Source: Candidatus Parvarchaeota archaeon (GTDB taxonomy: Archaea > Nanobdellota > Nanobdellia > JAFCGN01 > DAOVEB01). From it: a DNA stretch of 24,000 nt. Shown here piece after piece: positions 17,698 through 23,907 of the stretch. Under the pieces are notes generated by a model. The model made no database searches. It was not told the DNA's origin and saw only the letters and a program-made list of their open reading frames with translations. Location: positions 1 to 24,000 of the forward strand of contig DAOVEB010000002.1 in NCBI GenBank assembly GCA_030669205.1. The letters run 5' to 3'. The position numbers were made by a program, and so were the translations under genes. Every line of letters starts with the position of its first letter. The stretch's first letter is position 1.

Positions 17698-18117
17698 CTA
17701 ATCACCCACACTCATATATTTGAACGGTCTCCCTCCTCTGAAAAGCTCATAGGGGTTGAACACCGAGATGGAGCAGTCGCCGGTTATGCTGCCCTCGTAT
17801 ATCTTCTTGTCAGAGTAGTACTGGAGCAAAAACAGCCTGTTTGGGTTCACGTACTCTATGGGAAGTCCCCCATAGTACTCCGAAAGGTCTGCGTAGGAGC
17901 CGATTTCCTGGAATCCCAGCTCATACCTTATGTAGTCGTTCCTGTACAGCGACGTGAGCATTGCGCTGCACTCCTCCATCTTCTCCGTGTTCACAACCTG
18001 GAGGAGTATGGTCTGCTTCGAAGACTCGGCAAAGAGACTATACGTTATTATAAATGCGGAGCTGGAAACTGCCAGAAGTATGATTTCGATGAACGTTATT
18101 GCCCCTTTTCTGTTCAT
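17698..18117 (-). CDS. Pilin-like protein (139 aa) with a class III signal peptide.
   Basis: MNRKG/AITFIEIILLAVSSSAFIITYSLF has basic residues, Gly, then a hydrophobic helix with Glu at +6, which is type IV pilin-like. TAATG overlap with the upstream gene. Confidence 0.75.
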   Translation of the reverse strand: MNRKGAITFIEIILLAVSSSAFIITYSLFAESSKQTILLQVVNTEKMEECSAMLTSLYRNDYIRYELGFQEIGSYADLSEYYGGLPIEYVNPNRLFLLQYYSDKKIYEGSITGDCSISVFNPYELFRGGRPFKYMSVGD

Positions 18118-18941
18118 TAGAATCCACCTCCCGTGAAAGATACAGAGGTGCTACCGCCGACCCCGTACTTTATTGTGGTTGTGAGTATGCCCACGCTGTC
18201 CCTGACGAAAGCCCCATCTTCATCAACGTATCTGATGACAACTGGCACGCTGGACGTATAGACCGAAGACTTGTCCTCAAGGTAGTCTATGAAATAACTG
18301 TCAAGTGTGTAGAGACCTTCGGGTTCCGGTGCCTTGAAGATGAGAGAGACATCCGCGCCCTGGCCAACAATTGCGAGAGCTATATTCAAAGCTATATCAG
18401 TTATTACGACGGCTGTTGAAATAGCACCTGACCAGAACTTTGTAATCTCCTTCGTTGTCTCGACAAAGAGATGAGCCTCTGTCATGTTCAGCTGAGGACT
18501 TGTGCTCAGACGGTGGTTTTTGAGTCTCCGGTTGTCCTCAAGGTCCCTCAACTCAAAGTCGATGACGTAGAGGCTGTAGGTGGTGTCGCCAACCGCGCTC
18601 CACGGAACCTCGGTTATATCGTTGAAGAAGTAACTCTGGATGCAGCCGAAGTATCTGTCCATGTTGAACTTCCTCTCATCCACCACTCCTGGGTAGACCC
18701 GCCTGATTGTACGGATTTTGTCGTTCGTCTCGTCGTAACTCACAGCGCCTGTCTCATAGGCGAAACAGTCGGCAGATGAATAAGCGCGAGTAGCGAGAGA
18801 ATTGGCGAAGCTCCTGGCATCGGCCCAAGTCGAGATGATGGTGATGTCGCTGAACTTGTAGCTTATAGACAGCACCATGAGTGAAAAGAGCATCATGGCT
18901 AGGGAAGCGTTCACGTATGCCATGATTTCTATCTCTGCCAT
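18117..18941 (-). CDS. Membrane-anchored or secreted protein (274 aa) with an N-terminal hydrophobic helix (non-canonical pilin-like); ends in TGGGF.
   Basis: N-terminus MAEIEIMAYVNASLAMMLFSLMVLSISYKF. The ATG lies 3 nt after the upstream TAG, with a GTGAGGT Shine-Dalgarno-like site upstream. No family recognised. Confidence 0.7.
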   Translation of the reverse strand: MAEIEIMAYVNASLAMMLFSLMVLSISYKFSDITIISTWADARSFANSLATRAYSSADCFAYETGAVSYDETNDKIRTIRRVYPGVVDERKFNMDRYFGCIQSYFFNDITEVPWSAVGDTTYSLYVIDFELRDLEDNRRLKNHRLSTSPQLNMTEAHLFVETTKEITKFWSGAISTAVVITDIALNIALAIVGQGADVSLIFKAPEPEGLYTLDSYFIDYLEDKSSVYTSSVPVVIRYVDEDGAFVRDSVGILTTTIKYGVGGSTSVSFTGGGF

Positions 18942-18944
18942 CCT

Positions 18945-21410
18945 CTAAACCTCACAATAACATACCCCTGGTAAAGGCAAGGTGTTAAAAATAGTATTGC
19001 ACCTAGCCCCTGAGAGTGGTTGCAGATTGCTCATATCTCCCGTGAACTCCAGTTCGAACGGGAAACACCTTCCATTACCATACCCTTCGTTGTTACATAT
19101 CTCAGTGCAACCACTGCATTCGATAAATTCGACAAGACACAAAGGAGGTGGGCAGTCAGTTGGACACTGCCAGCTGTCCTCTCCCTCATCACACACCCCA
19201 TCCCCACACTTATAACTCTCCGTGAGTATGTCGTTCCAGTTCATGAGCACAACTGGCTCGCAGCCATTGTTCATGATCTTGACTTCTGCACCGACCCTAT
19301 CGGCTTTGAGGGAGCATTTATAGTACATCGACTGTAAAAATCCTGGTTTCAGTTCGAGGGACCTCGACTCCAGGGGCATTTCAGGTATTATGGTGTTCAA
19401 CGTGTTGCTCAGCACATCCAGGGGTGATTCCATCCCGGCAAGGCTGAAGATGAAGTCAAGTCCGTCACCGAAGAAAGGTATGTCCACTGTCACAGATGGA
19501 AGGAGGTGTGATGTATGCTTGAACCAGTAGGTGTTGCCGCTCTCCCTGAGCTCCCATAAACTCGGATTAATGTCATAGCCGGTGGCTATAAGCATCTGCT
19601 CCAGCAAATTGGGTTCGACTATCTGACCGTCCTTCAGGGTGTAATCTATGGTGAGATTTTCAAATTGGACATCGACACTGCAACCGATGTCGGCAAAGTC
19701 ATAGCAGAAGAGTTTGAAGTTGCCTTGCTCCTCACCCTCCTCGTTCCTTGCGAAGTGGTTCTCGCACAGCATGCCGTTTTCATAGGAAAAGAACCTCGCA
19801 GGTGTGACGTAAACGTCAAAGGTCTGGTCGCTGCCCTTGCACGCCTTCTTCACATAATCCGCTATCTCCCCAACTCCAATTGGATAATAGCTGTCTCCAT
19901 CGCCGCACAGGGTGTCAAAGGTCTCCTTGTTCTTTGAGAGGACAATTTTCCCATCCGACATCTCCAGCGAAGGCGTCTCGTAATTGCCTCCAAAATAGGA
20001 GAGCTGGTTGCGCAGGAAGCACATGTCCTCCCCATTGACACCATAGCTCTTTACAGCCTTTATCTCGTCCTCGTCAGTGGTGAAGTCGATGGTCACAGCA
20101 CCATATTTGCCGGCGTAGAAGTCGTAGAAGCTGTCCGCGCTGTCCAGGTCAACTTGGAACAATATTTGGTTGCCTGTAAGAAAGTCAACCAGTTCCCACA
20201 GCGGGTCATCTGTCCTGCACGACCTGTAAGCTGCGTAGCCGGTTGCAGTCGTCTGTGCCCAGAGAGGCAGGTCCCTGTAGTACCTCAACTTCGAGGCCCA
20301 GTCAGGCATGGACCTAAAGGGTGTGGCTGCCATCCACTTCACTGGTTTGAACCTGCGAACCCCGTCAGAACCAACATAGGTGTACTCTATATAGCTGTTG
20401 TACTTCCTCAGGTCCTCGGCCTTCACGTGGTTCAGCCAGTCGTCCATATCGAGGTCACCGGTGTGGGTCAGGAAGTAATGGTTCATCCCGTTCTCCATAA
20501 CATCCAGTCTGTCTTCGGCTCTTTTTAGATGGCTATATGATGTAGCATATACCCCCCTGCCGGCACCGGGAACACCGTCTATCATGTCCTTAGTGTGTCT
20601 TGCCATAGCTCCGTTAGGGTCTGCTATTATGTCATCCATTATCGATTTGGCATAGTCATCCGCATCATCGTAGTGATTCTTTAGGAACTTCGAATTATCG
20701 AAGGTAGTATCCCCTCTTCTTATTGCGTCCGCGATAGCACCCTGTGCCTCGTGTCTTGGCCTGCCCACTGCATTCATCGAGACAATATCATCGACCTCCA
20801 TACCTCTCACCATGCCGAGCCTGCTCTTCACATTGGTAACCCAGTCGCTCTTCCTGGCCTTTATATCATCTATCCAGTCCCTCAGCTTACTAAGTCTGCT
20901 CTTCGCCTTTTTTTCTATCAACTCCTCTGTCGCCTCTTGCATCCCTTCGGTAACCATATCTCTTGCCTTATCACCTGCCGTATCCTTAACCTCATTTAAC
21001 AGCGCTTTCTTCGCCTTGCCCGCCACCGCCTTCAAGGTTCCGAAGCTCATGTAGATGCACGCGGTCCTCGGGGTGTAGAGCATGCGCTCGTCCTTTGTAA
21101 AGGTCACAGCAGCGCTGACGTCGTCTATCTCCAGCCCCCCCTCGCACACGAACTTTCCGAGCCTCTGGCTCCAAGAGCATGCATGGGGCCCGCGGTACTC
21201 GACATACGCGTCCTCCGGCAGCGAGTAGAGCAGTGATGTCAAGGCTTCAAGCTCGTTTGTGAAGTGTATTATAGGCATGTTCCTCGCTGTGTAGAAGACG
21301 CCTGTCGTGTTCGCATAGTTTATGGACAGGACGAGAAACGCTCCTGAGAGGAGAAGCGTTCCAATCGTTATGGTGATATATGCCTTCCTGGACAGAACCG
21401 GTCTGGACAT
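18945..21410 (-). CDS. Giant mosaic protein (821 aa): pilin-like N-terminus, 279-aa Cys-free highly charged segment, beta-rich middle, C-terminal CGDGVCDEGEDSWQCPTDCPPP module plus a small Cys-knot-like tail.
   Basis: N-terminus MSRPVLSRKA/YITITIGTLLLSGAFLVL, compared with the mini-pilin MRA/VSLTIGTVVALIIALLV. TATA box 23 nt upstream. The CGDG module is encoded at 19143-19208. Confidence 0.8.
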   Translation of the reverse strand: MSRPVLSRKAYITITIGTLLLSGAFLVLSINYANTTGVFYTARNMPIIHFTNELEALTSLLYSLPEDAYVEYRGPHACSWSQRLGKFVCEGGLEIDDVSAAVTFTKDERMLYTPRTACIYMSFGTLKAVAGKAKKALLNEVKDTAGDKARDMVTEGMQEATEELIEKKAKSRLSKLRDWIDDIKARKSDWVTNVKSRLGMVRGMEVDDIVSMNAVGRPRHEAQGAIADAIRRGDTTFDNSKFLKNHYDDADDYAKSIMDDIIADPNGAMARHTKDMIDGVPGAGRGVYATSYSHLKRAEDRLDVMENGMNHYFLTHTGDLDMDDWLNHVKAEDLRKYNSYIEYTYVGSDGVRRFKPVKWMAATPFRSMPDWASKLRYYRDLPLWAQTTATGYAAYRSCRTDDPLWELVDFLTGNQILFQVDLDSADSFYDFYAGKYGAVTIDFTTDEDEIKAVKSYGVNGEDMCFLRNQLSYFGGNYETPSLEMSDGKIVLSKNKETFDTLCGDGDSYYPIGVGEIADYVKKACKGSDQTFDVYVTPARFFSYENGMLCENHFARNEEGEEQGNFKLFCYDFADIGCSVDVQFENLTIDYTLKDGQIVEPNLLEQMLIATGYDINPSLWELRESGNTYWFKHTSHLLPSVTVDIPFFGDGLDFIFSLAGMESPLDVLSNTLNTIIPEMPLESRSLELKPGFLQSMYYKCSLKADRVGAEVKIMNNGCEPVVLMNWNDILTESYKCGDGVCDEGEDSWQCPTDCPPPLCLVEFIECSGCTEICNNEGYGNGRCFPFELEFTGDMSNLQPLSGARCNTIFNTLPLPGVCYCEV

Positions 21411-21433
21411 CGGTCTAATTTAATATTTACATC

Positions 21434-21441
21434 AATATAAA
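21434..21441 (-). promoter_or_regulatory. TATA box (TTTATATT) 23 nt upstream of the 821-aa gene ATG, in a 60-nt AT-rich spacer.
   Basis: Minus strand reads aaacTTTATATTgatgtaaatattaaattagaccgATG. Confidence 0.45.
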
Positions 21442-21454
21442 GTTTAATACAAAT

Positions 21455-21484
21455 ATTATATCTTGTAAAATTATATCTTGTAAA
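21455..21484 (-). repeat. Perfect 15-bp tandem direct repeat (attatatcttgtaaa x2) spanning the stop codon of the 219-aa gene.
   Basis: Read directly; units are 21455-21469 and 21470-21484. Confidence 0.9.
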
Positions 21485-22130
21485 TCGCCAGAAACGGTTC
21501 CAGAGGACCGCCTGTGTCCACCTTTTCAAAGCTCATGCCGCTTATCTCTATATCGGCTCCTTTTGCATAGATGCCGTCCAGCACCTCGTAACCAGGGTCC
21601 ACGTCAACCGCAACAAAGAAGCACTCCACAGGCACACCTATGCAGCACATCGAACCATCCCCAATCTCATAGAGGTCAGTGTTGGCAAGGTCGTTGCAGG
21701 CATTTGACCTGTCAGTCTGGATGTCAGAAAGTGTTGTCATTGCATCTGATACGATATCGTAACCCGGGAAAGACGCTGGGGGCGCAGTCTTTCCCATGCA
21801 GAGGCAGAACCCCCCATCACAGTTCTCGTAGGAGCAGCTGCTCTCAGGTCTGAACTTGTTGTTTTCGTTTAAGGTCTCAAGTGTTGTATCACATGACTCA
21901 CTGCCATAGAGCTGTATTATGAAGTATGTCTGGTAGAGCATGGGTCCAGCCGAACTCCCAGGCTCACTGCTGCAGGCTGTAGACATAGCTCCCCTGCTCG
22001 ACACAAACTTGTCGTATTCGGTGTTGGTGCTGGTAAAGGAGTTGATACAAGTGAAGACAAACATTATGACTATTACGCTGAAGATTATCTGGTACATCGG
22101 GCCAAAAAACGGGATTAGCCCTTTCCTCAT
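21471..22130 (-). CDS. Pilin-like Cys-containing protein (219 aa) with a class III-like signal.
   Basis: N-terminus MRKG/LIPFFGPMYQIIFSVIVIMFVF. ATGA overlap with the upstream gene. Shares the motif C-x-G-x-[FV]-C-L-C-[MI]-G with the 257-aa neighbour. Confidence 0.75.
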   Translation of the reverse strand: MRKGLIPFFGPMYQIIFSVIVIMFVFTCINSFTSTNTEYDKFVSSRGAMSTACSSEPGSSAGPMLYQTYFIIQLYGSESCDTTLETLNENNKFRPESSCSYENCDGGFCLCMGKTAPPASFPGYDIVSDAMTTLSDIQTDRSNACNDLANTDLYEIGDGSMCCIGVPVECFFVAVDVDPGYEVLDGIYAKGADIEISGMSFEKVDTGGPLEPFLAIYKI

Positions 22131-22900
22131 CTTATCACCTCAAAATCCGTCTTTATCACACCCTCTGTGGGATAACCGGTTGCGCCCGATGTTCCAATCT
22201 GGCTGTTCGGCCTGACCCAGAGGAAGAGGTTGTTCTCGCATCCACCAGAGCAGGAACCGTCGTTAACTGTTATGTACGTTCCTTCGCCGATCCTGCCGCA
22301 GTTTATGAGGGTTATGTTCGGACGTCTTTCCCAGGCTCCTGCAAAGAAGGCCGAGCAGAGGGTTGAAAGTGTTGCGGACGGGTCTGCGCTGAGCTTGTAG
22401 ATGACCTTCCTCCTAGCAGACACATTCTCCAGTGATGATTCCAAAATAGGTACCCATGAAGGTGCGGTGCCGGACCAGTTGAGGACGCATGTACGAGAGT
22501 CGCACCTCGGACTGCCATATGGGCTGGGCGAGCATATCTCCAGGTCTTCACAACCGACGTTGTTGAACGTGCCTATGCACAGACAGACGTTTCCAGGGCA
22601 TTCCGAACCCATCTGGCTACCCGGAAGCACGGCGCCGTTGCGGTAGAGCTCCTCTATGAAGGGGGTGCAACCCTGGTCAAAGCGCAGTTGTATGGCGAAC
22701 TGGTCGGGCGCGAGTCTGAACGGCTCAATTGAGGTGGTTCCCCTGTCAATTGCGAGTGCGAACTCTTCTGCAATCTCGTCTGCCCTCGCCTCAACCGAGG
22801 TGCCCAGGATATTGGAGAGGTTGGCAAGTATCGGTGGTATCACAATCATCAGACCAGCTAGCATCAAAAGACCAAATATGGCATAGACAAGATTCACCAC
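22127..22900 (-). CDS. Membrane-anchored Cys-containing protein (257 aa), paralog of the 219-aa protein.
   Basis: GTG start (22900 or 22897), with AGGTGGTGA Shine-Dalgarno-like sequence overlapping or upstream, so the exact start is uncertain. N-terminus VNLVYAIFGLLMLAGLMIVIPPILANLSN. Internal ECPGNVCLCIGTF compares with ENCDGGFCLCMGKT in the 219-aa protein. Confidence 0.7.
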   Translation of the reverse strand: MVNLVYAIFGLLMLAGLMIVIPPILANLSNILGTSVEARADEIAEEFALAIDRGTTSIEPFRLAPDQFAIQLRFDQGCTPFIEELYRNGAVLPGSQMGSECPGNVCLCIGTFNNVGCEDLEICSPSPYGSPRCDSRTCVLNWSGTAPSWVPILESSLENVSARRKVIYKLSADPSATLSTLCSAFFAGAWERRPNITLINCGRIGEGTYITVNDGSCSGGCENNLFLWVRPNSQIGTSGATGYPTEGVIKTDFEVIR

Positions 22901-22914
22901 CTTCTATCATCAGA

Positions 22915-23070
22915 TTAGAAGGGCCACAGATTAAAAAGGTTGCCGGAGGAGTTTGTGGTATCGTTCGCCATCTGGAAAAGCGGAGGGATGAAGAAGAAGA
23001 GCACTATCATGACGAGGAGTGCGATTATGAGTGCGACAACTGTGCCGATTGTGAGGCTGACGGCTCTCAT
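22915..23070 (-). CDS. Mini-pilin-like protein (51 aa); not in the ORF track (below size cutoff).
   Basis: Hand translation gives MRAVSLTIGTVVALIIALLVMIVLFFFIPPLFQMANDTTNSSGNLFNLWPF*. ATGA overlap with the upstream 47-aa ORF. Basic-Ala N-terminus plus a hydrophobic helix of about 25 aa. Short tail with two N-x-S/T sequons. Confidence 0.65.
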   Translation of the reverse strand: MRAVSLTIGTVVALIIALLVMIVLFFFIPPLFQMANDTTNSSGNLFNLWPF

Positions 23071-23210
23071 GACGGCACCGTGCTGTTTATGAAGCCGAGT
23101 TGCCTGAGGAAAAAATCGCCTATGAAGAATATCGCGAGGACCAGGATGATGAGCGCGAACACAATTACCACAAGCGTCTCAAGCGACAGGCCGATGGCCC
23201 CCCTTTTCAT
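23067..23210 (-). CDS. Mini-pilin-like protein (47 aa), Flp/Epd-like class III signal; not in the ORF track.
   Basis: Hand translation gives MKRGAIGLSLETLVVIVFALIILVLAIFFIGDFFLRQLGFINSTVPS*. Has a KRG/A cleavage-type motif, Glu in the early helix, and an N-S-T sequon in the tail. TATA-like box 21 nt upstream. Confidence 0.65.
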   Translation of the reverse strand: MKRGAIGLSLETLVVIVFALIILVLAIFFIGDFFLRQLGFINSTVPS

Positions 23211-23231
23211 GCGGAATCAAAGGCACGCGGG

Positions 23232-23239
23232 TTTAATAT
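23232..23239 (-). promoter_or_regulatory. TATA-like box (ATATTAAA) 21 nt upstream of the 47-aa mini-pilin ATG; candidate promoter of the long downstream operon.
   Basis: Minus strand reads gggATATTAAAcccgcgtgcctttgattccgcATG. Confidence 0.35.
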
Positions 23240-23254
23240 CCCTTACGGTAGGAC

Positions 23255-23284
23255 AATAAAAAAAGAGAGAAAACTAATAAAAAA
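23255..23284 (-). terminator. Two oligo-T tracts (TTTTTTATT ... TTTTTTTATT) about 35-65 nt downstream of the 129-aa pilin stop.
   Basis: Read directly. Oligo-T termination in archaea is established knowledge. Confidence 0.5.
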
Positions 23285-23318
23285 CGCGTTTGGGAGTTTT
23301 TGTTGCCGTTTAGGTTGT

Positions 23319-23708
23319 TTAAATGGCTGTGCAGCAATATACATGGTTGGTTGCGTCGTCCGCGCATGACCCGCCTTTGATTGTTATTATTTCTCCACCT
23401 GAAAGTGAAAAGGCGCAACCGGTTGTTATGTAGTCGCCGCAGTCGGTTGTCGCAGTGTTGCTTGGGTCAGGGTCAGAGCAGAAATTGCTACCCCTCGCTG
23501 CTGCAACCGCTGTTGTCTCTGAAGAGTATATGTTGCTGAGTCCTGTGCAGTATGTCTGACAGTTGACGTACGCGTCAGGAGCAAGTCCGAAGATGCTTCT
23601 GAACATGTTTCCTATTCCTGGGACGAAAACTGCTGCCAAGATTACTAGTACTAAAACTGCTAATGCTCCCAAAACAATTGTGTTTAATGGTAAACCTTGT
23701 GCTTTCAT
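23319..23708 (-). CDS. Candidate major pilin (129 aa): class III signal peptide, hydrophobic N-helix, small 8-Cys globular domain.
   Basis: N-terminus MKAQG/LPLNTIVLGALAVLVLVILAAVFVPG. It has its own consensus TATA box and its own terminator. The C-terminal domain has 8 Cys, so up to 4 disulfides are possible. Confidence 0.8.
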   Translation of the reverse strand: MKAQGLPLNTIVLGALAVLVLVILAAVFVPGIGNMFRSIFGLAPDAYVNCQTYCTGLSNIYSSETTAVAAARGSNFCSDPDPSNTATTDCGDYITTGCAFSLSGGEIITIKGGSCADDATNHVYCCTAI

Positions 23709-23733
23709 AATAATATCAGATGGTTGGGGTTGT

Positions 23734-23741
23734 ATATAAAT
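23734..23741 (-). promoter_or_regulatory. Consensus TATA box (TTTATATA) 25 nt upstream of the pilin ATG; leaderless mRNA.
   Basis: Minus strand reads ccttaaaTTTATATAcaaccccaaccatctgatattattATG. Confidence 0.6.
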
Positions 23742-23768
23742 TTAAGGTAAAAAACGGGCCAAAAGCCT

Positions 23769-23900
23769 TTAAAATATGGTCCCGGGGAACGAACTGTTAA
23801 TCATTCCGATAATGGCCGGCGCGCCGAAGAAGATGAGGTAAATCACTATGATGATGATTCCAAGGATTAGGGGGATTATGTACTTGAGCGCGAGGTTCAC
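23769..23900 (-). CDS. Possible small hydrophobic protein (43 aa, GTG start) resembling the N-terminal module of the 257-aa protein.
   Basis: Hand translation gives (V/M)NLALKYIIPLILGIIIIVIYLIFFGAPAIIGMINSSFPGTIF*. It begins VNL like the 257-aa protein and has an N-S-S sequon after the helix. There is no ATG start, so the call is tentative. Confidence 0.3.
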   Translation of the reverse strand: MNLALKYIIPLILGIIIIVIYLIFFGAPAIIGMINSSFPGTIF

Positions 23901-23907
23901 AGCGCCC

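Noticed and set aside
20712-20720. RGD tripeptide in the 821-aa protein (AIRRGDTTF).
   Set aside because: A three-residue motif is expected by chance, and there is no eukaryotic integrin context.
4321-21410. Equating the giants with specific named archaeal structures, such as grappling-hook 'hami' proteins or giant DPANN/nanohaloarchaeal surface proteins.
   Set aside because: I have no sequence memory good enough to support homology. It would require a database search, so it is left as an open possibility only.
21455-21484. Tandem 15-bp repeats (also 610-639) considered as a CRISPR or minisatellite array.
   Set aside because: There are only two abutting copies with no spacers and no cas genes. 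They are kept as a simple duplication or possible regulatory site instead.
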